A stretch of DNA of 64,000 nt from an uncultured SAR86 cluster bacterium (GTDB taxonomy: Bacteria; Pseudomonadota; Gammaproteobacteria; Magnimaribacterales; AG-339-G14): positions 1,609-65,608 of the forward strand of contig CACBOY010000004.1 in the NCBI GenBank assembly GCA_902540995.1, written 5' to 3'. Below, piece after piece: positions 30,962 through 39,755 of this stretch (positions are counted from its first letter, which is position 1; each line of letters opens with the position of its first letter). The notes below the pieces were generated by a model that had not been told where the DNA came from, did no database searches, and saw only the letters and a program-made list of their open reading frames with translations. The position numbers and the translations under genes were made by a program.

Positions 30962-31528
30962 TTAGTTTAAGTATTTCTTTGTATTTAAGATAAAAATTTC
31001 CTTTATTTGATCTTCGCTCAAACTCTGAACGATCTTAAGTCGTAAGAAAAAAATAAAAGACATACATTCAAAAATTATTTCTCTCTCAGGTTTCTTTTTT
31101 TCAAGTATTTCTGGAAGAATAGAGAAAACAAAATTTCTTAATATTTTATTCCACGAAAACATATTTTTTCTTAAGTTTTTATCTCGCCATATATTTCGAA
31201 GAGACCAGCGGATAATATTTTGATTTTTTGAATAGAGCTTTATTAAGATAGTCGAGAGATTTTCTATCCTTTTCTCTAAATTATCTTCTTTACTTATCTT
31301 TGCAAATGCATTAGAAAATTCTTCGCCTAGCTTTATGTCTAAATTTTCCTGAAGAGTTTCTTGATCTTTAAAATGACGGAATATTGTTCGAGTACCAATC
31401 TTTGCTTCTTTGGCAATTGAATTAAAGGACATATCGTCTATGTTGCCTTTTCTAGCAATTCTAATTGCTGTATTTAAGATGTGATCGGTTGTTGATTCAC
31501 TTCTTAATTTCCTTCCGTCTTTCTTCAA
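30962..31528 (-). CDS. TetR/AcrR family transcriptional regulator
   Basis: 188 aa. N-terminal HTH SFNSIAKEAKIGTRTIFRHFKDQETL. Divergent from the dehalogenase gene. Confidence 0.8.
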   Translation of the reverse strand: MKKDGRKLRSESTTDHILNTAIRIARKGNIDDMSFNSIAKEAKIGTRTIFRHFKDQETLQENLDIKLGEEFSNAFAKISKEDNLEKRIENLSTILIKLYSKNQNIIRWSLRNIWRDKNLRKNMFSWNKILRNFVFSILPEILEKKKPEREIIFECMSFIFFLRLKIVQSLSEDQIKEIFILNTKKYLN

Positions 31529-31547
31529 CGTATCCTCTTAAATATGG

Positions 31548-31586
31548 CAGTATCACTGTCAGAAGTTATTGACACTGTTACTGTCA
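31548..31586. promoter_or_regulatory. Candidate TetR operator(s): inverted repeats CAGT-ATC-ACTG and TGACA-N7-TGTCA, with the half-site ACTGTCA repeated 25 nt apart
   Basis: Read directly: CAGTATCACTG at 31548-31558 and TGACACTGTTACTGTCA at 31570-31586, lying in the TetR/dehalogenase divergent intergenic region and overlapping the predicted promoter. Confidence 0.35.
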
Positions 31587-31597
31587 TATTCTATATT
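31569..31597 (+). promoter_or_regulatory. Candidate sigma70 promoter TTGACA-17 nt-TATATT for the 31631 dehalogenase gene
   Basis: TTGACA 31569-31574, 17-nt spacer, TATATT 31592-31597. AAGGAG SD at 31616-31621, 9 nt before the GTG at 31631. Confidence 0.45.
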
Positions 31598-31630
31598 CAA
31601 TCAACAAATTAAAGCAAGGAGCTATAGTAA

Positions 31631-32731
31631 GTGAAGTTAATAATTGGTTTCTTTATCCTGTCTACGTTGAATCAATTTATTTCTATGAGCTTGTATGGCA
31701 ATGAAATCAAAGAGGGTGTTTTAAGAACTCCTGATGAAAGATTTGAGAATCTCAAAGATTATCCTTTCAAACCCAATTATATGATGATTGATGGTTTGCG
31801 AATCCACTATCTTGATGAAGGGCCAAGGGATGCTGATCCTATATTTCTTCTTCATGGTGAACCTGCATGGAGTTATTTATTTCGAAAAATGATACCTGTA
31901 CTCACTGCACAAGGACACCGAGTGATTGTTCCAGATTGTGTTGGTTTTGGGAAATCAGATAAGTTTCTTTCAAAATATGACTATTCATACAAACATCATG
32001 TGGATGTAATGAAAGAATTGGTTCAAAGATTAGATCTTAAGAATGCAACTTTCTTTGGCCAAGATTGGGGAGGCCTGGTCGGTTTAAGAGTGGTTGGGGA
32101 GTTACCAGATCGATTTAGTCATGTGGTTGTATCAAATACAGGATTGGTAGCTAGATCCGGTGTAACAGCATGGCTATTTGAAAAATTTGTACAATTTAGA
32201 GTTTGGTGGATAGGGCCCATAACATTTGAAGAGTTAATGGATAAAGCTAAAGAAGCATTAACAGTTGAAAATCCTTCTCCTACAACAGGAATCTCAATGT
32301 TTAGCAATTGGATAGCGTACTCATATTATGCAGATGACATGAATGTTGCTGGGATAATTAAAAATTTTGGTGGAATAGATTTATCAGAAGAGGAAGCTTC
32401 TGCTTATGAAGCTCCTTATCCTTCAGGTTTATATAAAGCTGGTGCACATGTTTGGCCTTATCTTATACCGACACAACTTCCAGAAAATGAAAAATTATGG
32501 AAAGAAGTCTATGAAAAATGGGACAAACCCTTTTTAGTAGCTTTTGGAGAGAATGAAAGAATTACTCTTCCGATGAAAGCTGATTTTTTGGAACGTATTC
32601 CTAATCCAACTGTCATAACTTTAGGAGGAGCAAGTCATTTTGTGCAGGAAGAAGTTGGTCCTGAGCTCGCACAAATTATTAGTGATTTTATTCAAGGAAA
32701 GCCAGTAGCGGATTTACCAGCTAAAAATTGA
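31631..32731 (+). CDS. Haloalkane dehalogenase family protein, DhlA-like (HLD-I), with an N-terminal hydrophobic extension (possible signal peptide)
   Basis: 366 aa. LRTPDERFENLKDYPFKPNY...LHGEPAWSYLFRKMIP...FGKSDK...FGQDWGG (Asp nucleophile + Trp)...GASHFVQEE aligns with Xanthobacter DhlA as I recall it. The first ~25 aa (KLIIGFFILSTLNQFISMSLYG) precede the homology. Confidence 0.8.
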   Translation: MKLIIGFFILSTLNQFISMSLYGNEIKEGVLRTPDERFENLKDYPFKPNYMMIDGLRIHYLDEGPRDADPIFLLHGEPAWSYLFRKMIPVLTAQGHRVIVPDCVGFGKSDKFLSKYDYSYKHHVDVMKELVQRLDLKNATFFGQDWGGLVGLRVVGELPDRFSHVVVSNTGLVARSGVTAWLFEKFVQFRVWWIGPITFEELMDKAKEALTVENPSPTTGISMFSNWIAYSYYADDMNVAGIIKNFGGIDLSEEEASAYEAPYPSGLYKAGAHVWPYLIPTQLPENEKLWKEVYEKWDKPFLVAFGENERITLPMKADFLERIPNPTVITLGGASHFVQEEVGPELAQIISDFIQGKPVADLPAKN

Positions 32732-32833
32732 AAATTTCTGTCAATACTTGAAGGTTGATTATTTAGATCTCCTTTCTTTAATAAAAATGATATAAATTTG
32801 GTAAGATAATTTTTCGATTCTAGGAGTATCTAC

Positions 32834-33859
32834 ATGACAGATCCAATAAAGCTCATAGGTAATGTAGCGTCACCATACACTAGGAAGATGGTTGCATATC
32901 TAAGATATAAAAGAATTCCATATGAAGTAATTTGGGGTCAACCAGAAGATATTCTTAAGAAGATGAATATTGAACCTCCAAAACCTATTCTTTTACCAGT
33001 ATTTATATTAGATCGAGATGGTCAAGCAACTGCAGTAACTGATTCAACACCTCTTATAAGAGAGTTTGAAGACAAATATCCAGATAGATCAGTTCTTCCC
33101 AATAACCCAGCACTTAATTTTATTAATTTTGTCTTGGAAGATTTTGGCGATGAGTGGTGTACAAAGTTCATGTTTCACTACAGATGGCATTTTGATGAAG
33201 ATGCAGATAACGCAGGAACTATTCTACCTCTGGGTATAAACAGTAATTTAAAAGACGATGAGTTAGCCTTTTTTAAAGAGCATTTTGCAAAAAGACAAAT
33301 AGATAGACTATGGGTTGTTGGTTCAAATAATGAGACTGCTGAATTTATAGATAATAGCTATAAAAAAGTACTTACTATTTTTGAAGAACATTTTAAAAAA
33401 CAACCTTTCTTGCTAGGTAATTTTCCATCGTCATGTGATTTTGCAGTTTATGGACAATTTACTCAATTAGTAGGGTTCGACCCTTCTCCTAGAAGAATAG
33501 CTCATGAAATTTCACCTAGAACAGTTGCTTGGGTAAGCACATTAGAAGATAGGGGAGGATTAAACTACTCAGAAGAAAATAATTCTCTAGATTCTCTTAG
33601 CGACTCAATCCATGATCTCTTTAAGGAATTATCAACCTCCTATATACCAACCATGATAGAAAATCATAAGGCCATTAAAGAAGGCGAAAAAGAATGGTCT
33701 GTTGATCTTGCAGGTTATCCTTGGAAGCAGAAATCTTTTCCTTATCAAGCAAAGTGCCTTGATTGGATAAGAGACGAATTCAAAAAATTGGATACTGAAA
33801 ATCAGGATAAAGTTTTAAATTTTTTAACGGTAACTAATTGTCAATCTTTAGTGGAGTAA
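32834..33859 (+). CDS. Glutathione S-transferase-like protein (thioredoxin-fold N-terminal domain), atypically long
   Basis: 341 aa. N-terminus IGNVASPYTRKMVAYLRYKRIPYEVIW...LPVF...DSTPLIREFE resembles a GST N-domain. C-terminal helical part not assigned. Confidence 0.45.
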   Translation: MTDPIKLIGNVASPYTRKMVAYLRYKRIPYEVIWGQPEDILKKMNIEPPKPILLPVFILDRDGQATAVTDSTPLIREFEDKYPDRSVLPNNPALNFINFVLEDFGDEWCTKFMFHYRWHFDEDADNAGTILPLGINSNLKDDELAFFKEHFAKRQIDRLWVVGSNNETAEFIDNSYKKVLTIFEEHFKKQPFLLGNFPSSCDFAVYGQFTQLVGFDPSPRRIAHEISPRTVAWVSTLEDRGGLNYSEENNSLDSLSDSIHDLFKELSTSYIPTMIENHKAIKEGEKEWSVDLAGYPWKQKSFPYQAKCLDWIRDEFKKLDTENQDKVLNFLTVTNCQSLVE

Positions 33860-33861
33860 TT

Positions 33862-34791
33862 ATGAATAGAATAACTGAAATGTTAGGTTGCAAATATCCA
33901 ATCATTCAATCGCCGATGGGCTGGATTGCAAGGAGCCAATTGGCTTCGGCTGTATCAAATGCTGGAGGTTTTGGGATTATAGAAACGTCCTCTGGAGAAG
34001 TGGATCAATGTAAAGATGAAATAAGAAAAATGGCTTCTCTAACGAATAGTCCTTTTGGAGTGAATCTCCCAATTCTATTTCTTTCCGATGAAAGTATGTT
34101 GGAAGTAGTAATTGAAGAAAACGTTAAGTTTGTGACAACCTCTGCAGGAGACCCGGCAAAATACATTCATAAACTTAAAGAAGCAGACATTAAGGTTTTT
34201 CATGCAGTTCCAAGCTTGGCAGGGGCTCTTAAGGCCGTAGCTGCTGGAGTAGATGGATTGGTTGTTGAAGGAACAGAAGGAGGGGGTTTTAAAAATCCTG
34301 AGGAAGTAGGCTTGCATGTCTTGATTCAATCTATAAGAAAGCATACTGATCTACCTATTGTTGCTGCTGGAGGAATTGTCGATGGTATTGGTATGGCAGC
34401 AGCATTTGCTGCAGGTGCTGATGGAATACAAATGGGCACAAGATTTGTTTCTTCTTTAGAAAGTCCAGTTCATGAAAATTTCAAAGGAGCAATTGTAAAT
34501 GGCTCTGAACAAGGTACGTACATACTTAATAAAAAAGCAAAACCATGTATTAGAGCTTTAAAGACAGAGTTAACTGATAAGATTTATGAAGAAGGGTTGA
34601 TGGATATGTCTGCTCTAAGCGGAATAAAAGATTTATATTTTGGAGGCGATATGAATGCTGCGCCTGCTTTAGCTGGTCAGTCTATTGGACTTATAAATGA
34701 AGTATTACCAGTAGAACAGATTATCAAACAAACTATGCAAGAATTTAATTCTGTATGTGAATCTTTATCCAACTCTAAATTTGAATTGTGA
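33862..34791 (+). CDS. Nitronate monooxygenase / FabK-like FMN oxidoreductase (NMO family)
   Basis: 309 aa from the ATG at 33862 (GGAG SD 7 nt upstream; the track start at 33838 overlaps the preceding gene). YPIIQSPMGWIA, GGFGII, AAGGIVDG...ADGIQMGTRF. Confidence 0.8.
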   Translation: MNRITEMLGCKYPIIQSPMGWIARSQLASAVSNAGGFGIIETSSGEVDQCKDEIRKMASLTNSPFGVNLPILFLSDESMLEVVIEENVKFVTTSAGDPAKYIHKLKEADIKVFHAVPSLAGALKAVAAGVDGLVVEGTEGGGFKNPEEVGLHVLIQSIRKHTDLPIVAAGGIVDGIGMAAAFAAGADGIQMGTRFVSSLESPVHENFKGAIVNGSEQGTYILNKKAKPCIRALKTELTDKIYEEGLMDMSALSGIKDLYFGGDMNAAPALAGQSIGLINEVLPVEQIIKQTMQEFNSVCESLSNSKFEL

Positions 34792-35876
34792 AAATTTTAA
34801 GAACTCCAGATAGCGCTTTTGAGAATGTAAAAAATTATCCTTTCGAGCCAAACTATACAACAATACAAACTCACGACGGATCTGAGTTGAGAATCCATCA
34901 CGTTGATGAAGGACCTAAAGATGGCCCAATTCTATTGGCCATGCATGGCCAACCGGTTTGGAGTTATTTATACAGCAGAATGATTCCTTTTTTAGTGGAT
35001 GCAGGAATAAGAGTTATTGCACCGGACTTACCTGGCTACGGAAAGTCTGATAAACCCGCATCCAGAGAAGACTATTCATATCAAAGACAAGTTGACTGGA
35101 TGACCGATTGGGTTAAAGCCAATGATTTTAAAGACTTAACTTTTTTTGGTCAGGATTGGGGAGGTCTTATAGGACTTAGAGTAGTAGCAAATGAGCCGGA
35201 CAGATTTCTCAAGGTTGCAATGGGAAATACAGGCCTTCCTTATAATCCTGATACTCCTCAAGACGTGATAGACAAAGTAAAAGCATTCAGAGCAAGCGAT
35301 AAAAAACTGACTGTGATGTCCATGCAAAAAGAAGTCAGTCAAATGGACGGTAAAAACCTTGTTGATGATAAAACATCTACCAGTCCAGCACTTAAATTTA
35401 TGTATTGGCAGAAATTTTGCTGGGATACAGAAGATCTCCCCATTGGCTTTTTGATGTCTAACATGATGGGAAAAAATTCTACCTTTAAGACACTTATCTC
35501 TTATTTATTCCTTCAAATGGGATTAAGAAAATTATTTCCTTTGAATAAAGTAATTGATCATGCGTATGAAGCGCCGTTTCCTGACCCATCATTTAAAATG
35601 GGTCCAAGAGCCATGCCAAGTCATGTTCCTACAATTCCAGATCAGTCTTTAAATGCAGTAAGAGAGGCTAGAGAAATATTTAAAAATTGGAATAAACCTT
35701 TTTTAAGTGTTTTTGCTGGAGATGATCCAGTAACCAATGGTGCTGAAAGAGATGTCTTGAATATGTGTCCTAATGCAAAAAGTGCGCCTCAAATAGGAGG
35801 AGGGCATTTTTATCAATGGACTCGACCCAAAGAACTATCTGACTTACTCACCAATTTTATTAAAAAGAATGATTAG
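34788..35876 (+). CDS. Haloalkane dehalogenase family protein, DhlA-like (HLD-I), cytoplasmic form
   Basis: 362 aa, GTG start overlapping the NMO stop (GTGA). ILRTPDSAFENVKNYPFEPNY...HGQPVWSYLYSRMIP...GYGKSDKP...FGQDWGG...YEAPFPDPSFK...GGGHFYQ. Confidence 0.85.
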   Translation: MKILRTPDSAFENVKNYPFEPNYTTIQTHDGSELRIHHVDEGPKDGPILLAMHGQPVWSYLYSRMIPFLVDAGIRVIAPDLPGYGKSDKPASREDYSYQRQVDWMTDWVKANDFKDLTFFGQDWGGLIGLRVVANEPDRFLKVAMGNTGLPYNPDTPQDVIDKVKAFRASDKKLTVMSMQKEVSQMDGKNLVDDKTSTSPALKFMYWQKFCWDTEDLPIGFLMSNMMGKNSTFKTLISYLFLQMGLRKLFPLNKVIDHAYEAPFPDPSFKMGPRAMPSHVPTIPDQSLNAVREAREIFKNWNKPFLSVFAGDDPVTNGAERDVLNMCPNAKSAPQIGGGHFYQWTRPKELSDLLTNFIKKND

Positions 35877-35878
35877 TT

Positions 35879-36331
35879 ATGTTAGAAATGCTTTTTCCTA
35901 AATCTGCAGATAATAATTACTTGGGTTATAAATTTGTTTTCTATGCTTTTATTCCATTCTTATTATTAATGACCTGGCGTTCTGTAATTCATATGTCTTT
36001 CGAAGAATTTGGATTACATAGTATCGCTCATGTAAAAGTATTCACTGGTTCTCCCGATCCAATGCCGCTAATCTATGCTTTCTTTTCTGCGTGGGGTTTA
36101 GTTCAACTTATATTTTGTGCTTTCGCCTGGATAGTCGTCATAAAATACAAATCATTAACACCTTTAATAATCTTAGCTTTTTTAGTTGAGTGGTCTGTTA
36201 GAGTATTAAATTCTAGTCCAATTGTTAATGATCCGATTTATTCTGACGGAGTAACTCCTGGAATGGTTTACGCACCTTTTATGACTTTGTTTTTATTATT
36301 ATTATTTCTATTGTCATTAATAAAAAAATAA
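35879..36331 (+). CDS. Small integral membrane protein, unknown function
   Basis: 150 aa, about 4 hydrophobic segments. Starts 2 nt after the dehalogenase stop. Confidence 0.5.
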   Translation: MLEMLFPKSADNNYLGYKFVFYAFIPFLLLMTWRSVIHMSFEEFGLHSIAHVKVFTGSPDPMPLIYAFFSAWGLVQLIFCAFAWIVVIKYKSLTPLIILAFLVEWSVRVLNSSPIVNDPIYSDGVTPGMVYAPFMTLFLLLLFLLSLIKK

Positions 36332-36391
36332 AAAAAATAAATACTTTTCAAAAATATTGAAATTTTTAATTTTTTTTAATATATTTTTTTT

Positions 36392-36538
36392 ATGAAATTT
36401 ACTTTAGTTTTTATTCTCTTTTCAATAATTTCGTGTGGGGCGGGTTATTCTGATAACTCTTCAAATCTTAATAATGATCAATCTGCAACAACAATAAATT
36501 ATAAAAATGTTCCAGAGAATCTTAATCTTTTGAAATAA
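36392..36538 (+). CDS. Small lipoprotein L1 (48 aa), not in the ORF track
   Basis: My translation: MKFTLVFILFSIISCGAGYSDNSSNLNNDQSATTINYKNVPENLNLLK. Lipobox IISC. The stop TAA is immediately followed by the ATG of the next gene. No clear SD. Confidence 0.45.
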   Translation: MKFTLVFILFSIISCGAGYSDNSSNLNNDQSATTINYKNVPENLNLLK

Positions 36539-38224
36539 ATGAAAAAAATATTTTTTATTCTTTTATTTTTTATAGGAAATTCTTTTTCTTTTCCAGATTT
36601 AAGTACTTTCGACATATCTAAACCCATCATAAGAAACTCTAAAATTACATACGTACACCAATATCAGGTTGATGTAGGTTTTGGCAGAATGAGTTCATAT
36701 TTGTGTTTATTTAGGGATACAGATTACAAAGATTTTATTAACTTGAACGATGGTGTTGGCTATAAAGCTATCATTGATAATGATAAATGCGAGAATCCTG
36801 AAAAAAATCTACCTTGGATTGTTAAAGCGACTCAAGCTTCAGATACTTCAGATTTAGTCATAGATATGTCTATGCCAGATGATCCAAATGGCGATGGAAG
36901 ATTTAAACTCATTATTAAAGAAAACGCTACGGAAGATAATCCTTTTGGCGAACTTACCATGGATTATAACTATGTGTTGAGGCCTTCAAATATTCCTATG
37001 TATAACGCTACATATGAATCGGTAAAACTACCTAATAATTTAATTAAATTTGAATCTTCAATATTTTTAGACTCTGTCGTTATAGACAATACATTTGGTG
37101 CAACAAATAGAATCTATTTTTATTCCTCAAAAATACTTCACGAACCAGGAGTAGGTGGTCATGGTACGGTTTCGGATTTCACTTTCAGCGATCTTGCAAT
37201 CTATGATGGTCTTATAAATTCCTATAAAGTTAGTGGTTATATCGAAGCAAGTAATAATGATCGTAATTATCCCGACGGTGCTCCTATCGGAGTAAGCACT
37301 GTTAACTTTGCTTACAACGATAATGTGGTTAAGTATGAAATTATTAATGGTTATGGCGGACAAAAATCTGGAGTTTGGATAGATGAAGGACCAAATGGCA
37401 CTGGTTCGTTTCAATCATCAGATATTTGCCTTAGCAGAAAAGATAGCTGGAATCATGTCCCTTGGGGTGGTTATGGTGTTTATAATGAATCTGGAGATAG
37501 ACTTCCCTATGACGCAAATGGAGATAATAACCCCAATACAGGAATAGCTGTTCCTTATGATCTTCAAGCAATAAACGGTATTACTACTTCAAATGTAACC
37601 TTTTCCGATGCTGTAATTATTTTCAGCGGCAGCAGAATAGGTATGGGTATACAATGCAGGAAGATTGCTGATGGTAGCAGTTATGGAAATACATTTTGTC
37701 CTGGAACTGGCTTAGGTGATATAAATACTATAGTAAGAATAAATGGAGAGGATTATCAAAATTTTCCTTTATTCGATATTCCTGAAGGTACTGTTTTAAC
37801 AGATTCAGGGGGAAATGAATATTACATAAGGCAATTAGGTCCAAAAAAGGTATTTAGTAGCAAGCCTTTGAGTGATCAAGAATGTACATCTTTAACTATC
37901 AAGTCTTCAGAAACTACACCAGATCATACTTTCTTTAACTATCCAACTATAAATATACCTAAATCTGGCGCTATTCTTGTTAATAAACTTGTCTCAAAAC
38001 CGTCTTTTGATACTCACTCTTCTGGTATTTCATTTTCAAAATTATTTGATACTGATGGAGACGGTATATTGAATTATTTAGATGCTTATCCTACTGATGC
38101 CTTGAAAAGTAAAGACGATGATTACGATGGCATAGAAGATTCTGAAGATTCTGATATAACTGTTTTTCAGCAAGTTTGGGAAAAGCATTTAAACAAAAGC
38201 TTGTTCTCAGGATACACAAAATAA
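36539..38224 (+). CDS. Secreted protein P3 (561 aa), short paralogue of the 46447 and 49871 proteins, with a C-terminal Asp-rich Ca2+-binding-type tail
   Basis: Signal peptide MKKIFFILLFFIGNSFSF. Blocks shared with P1/P2: YLCLF...C, FGELTMDY, YGVYNESGDR, IPEGTVLTD. DTDGDGILNYLDAYPTD...DDDYDGIEDSEDSD at the C-terminus. Confidence 0.7.
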   Translation: MKKIFFILLFFIGNSFSFPDLSTFDISKPIIRNSKITYVHQYQVDVGFGRMSSYLCLFRDTDYKDFINLNDGVGYKAIIDNDKCENPEKNLPWIVKATQASDTSDLVIDMSMPDDPNGDGRFKLIIKENATEDNPFGELTMDYNYVLRPSNIPMYNATYESVKLPNNLIKFESSIFLDSVVIDNTFGATNRIYFYSSKILHEPGVGGHGTVSDFTFSDLAIYDGLINSYKVSGYIEASNNDRNYPDGAPIGVSTVNFAYNDNVVKYEIINGYGGQKSGVWIDEGPNGTGSFQSSDICLSRKDSWNHVPWGGYGVYNESGDRLPYDANGDNNPNTGIAVPYDLQAINGITTSNVTFSDAVIIFSGSRIGMGIQCRKIADGSSYGNTFCPGTGLGDINTIVRINGEDYQNFPLFDIPEGTVLTDSGGNEYYIRQLGPKKVFSSKPLSDQECTSLTIKSSETTPDHTFFNYPTINIPKSGAILVNKLVSKPSFDTHSSGISFSKLFDTDGDGILNYLDAYPTDALKSKDDDYDGIEDSEDSDITVFQQVWEKHLNKSLFSGYTK

Positions 38225-38316
38225 AATAACTACCAAGTAGTCAATTTGACCTAATTTGATACACAAATTAAATATTTTCTCTTGTAATATTTAAATAAAT
38301 AATATGGGAGAAAATA

Positions 38317-39009
38317 ATGAAAATTATAAAAATATCTTTAATTTTTCTTTTAAGCTCTATATTTTCATTAAATCTTAGCGCTGTTCCAGAAGGAGCATTT
38401 ACCACTCTTATGGTTCAAGCAAAAGATATTAATAAATATGTTAATTTTTTAAAAGAAAACGTCGATTTTGATAACTTCGGATCTGAACAAGCTGGTTATT
38501 GCAAAACCAGAACAGGAGAGAGCTATGAGGGTCAAATGTTCATCTACAATGCTTTTACAAGCGTTGAAAAAGCTATAGGGTTTATTGAGTTATATGATCC
38601 AGCAAGTGCTAATTTTGACCTTAAACAATTAAGAACCATAAAATATTCATCAGCTTTTAAACCTTTAAAAGACTTTGAAGCCAGAGATGGCTATCACAGA
38701 CTTTGGAGAGTAAAGCTAAACGATTGGCAGGCTTTTTCAAATTCGATGACAAAACTTCAAAAAGAACTTGATGCTGCAGGCCACAATATGATGATTGGAG
38801 TATTTGCTCAACTTGGCGGTGGATTCGCTGAAACCGGCATGTTTCATATAAGAACTATTACTGAAACTGCGGCTGAAACAGGAAAAATAATTGATGAGTA
38901 TTTTAGAGGGGCAGGTTGGGCTGCAACTTGGGATGATGCTCAGCAATACATAGATGAAGAAGTTGAAGAAACTTTTGAGTACTGTGAAACTATCTATACG
39001 AGAAATTAG
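38317..39009 (+). CDS. Secreted hypothetical protein (230 aa), two-domain, paralogue of the next gene
   Basis: Signal peptide ending LNLSA. GGAG-type SD (GGGAGAAAATAATG). The segment GVFAQLGGGFAETGMFHI resembles GLYSRMGGGHSHIILV in the downstream protein. Confidence 0.6.
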   Translation: MKIIKISLIFLLSSIFSLNLSAVPEGAFTTLMVQAKDINKYVNFLKENVDFDNFGSEQAGYCKTRTGESYEGQMFIYNAFTSVEKAIGFIELYDPASANFDLKQLRTIKYSSAFKPLKDFEARDGYHRLWRVKLNDWQAFSNSMTKLQKELDAAGHNMMIGVFAQLGGGFAETGMFHIRTITETAAETGKIIDEYFRGAGWAATWDDAQQYIDEEVEETFEYCETIYTRN

Positions 39010-39018
39010 GAGTAAGTC

Positions 39019-39750
39019 ATGATAAACAAAATCATTTATTTATTTTTTACTGCTTTATTGTCTTTTAATTTATTTTCAAATGAGAATACATTAAGGCCTG
39101 GCAGTGGTGTTTATGAATTCCATTTTTTTAATGTAACTAATCCAGCAGGGTTTGTGGCTGCCATTGAGACCTTTGATTCTTCGTCTTGCGCTGCCAAATG
39201 GAGAAATGAATCTGGAGCAAATGTAGGTCTTTATTCTCGTATGGGAGGAGGACATTCACATATTATTTTAGTTGCATATGAAAATTATGACATGATGCAA
39301 AAAGGACAAAATATTTTTGCATCTTGTGCAGCATCTTCAGAAATGAATGTAGCCTTTGATAAAACTTCAATTAGTGAAGATTATTATAATTATGTTACCG
39401 AGCTAGTTTTAGAGGCTGGTGATTGGCGACTGAATACAGTTTTTTCTAACATTGAAGTTAAGGTAAAAACTGGAAGTCAGGCATCTTACTTAGAAGCTTA
39501 CAAACTGCTAACAAATTCCACTGCTGATTCATTTGGTTCGTATGGTATCAATAGAGTAGTTTATGGCAACAAATACGTATCTCATATGTTGTATAACGGA
39601 TCTAACTCTATTCAAGAACTAAATGATGCTCTAGATGAAGTTTACGCTTCAAATGAATTCAAGTCTTTCAATAGAAAGGTTGGAAACATAAGAAAATTAG
39701 TAAATTCTACACTCGCTCAATTGGTTAAAGCATATCCAGCTGAAAGATAG
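39019..39750 (+). CDS. Secreted hypothetical protein (243 aa), paralogue of the previous gene
   Basis: Signal peptide. AGGAG SD 9 nt upstream. No known motif recognised. Confidence 0.6.
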   Translation: MINKIIYLFFTALLSFNLFSNENTLRPGSGVYEFHFFNVTNPAGFVAAIETFDSSSCAAKWRNESGANVGLYSRMGGGHSHIILVAYENYDMMQKGQNIFASCAASSEMNVAFDKTSISEDYYNYVTELVLEAGDWRLNTVFSNIEVKVKTGSQASYLEAYKLLTNSTADSFGSYGINRVVYGNKYVSHMLYNGSNSIQELNDALDEVYASNEFKSFNRKVGNIRKLVNSTLAQLVKAYPAER

Positions 39751-39755
39751 TTGAT

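Noticed and set aside
33838-33861. The track start of the NMO-like gene overlaps the preceding gene by 22 nt.
   Set aside because: The ATG at 33862 has a GGAG SD 7 nt upstream, and family homology begins there (MNRITEMLGCKYPIIQSPMG). The extra residues MSIFSGVI have no support.
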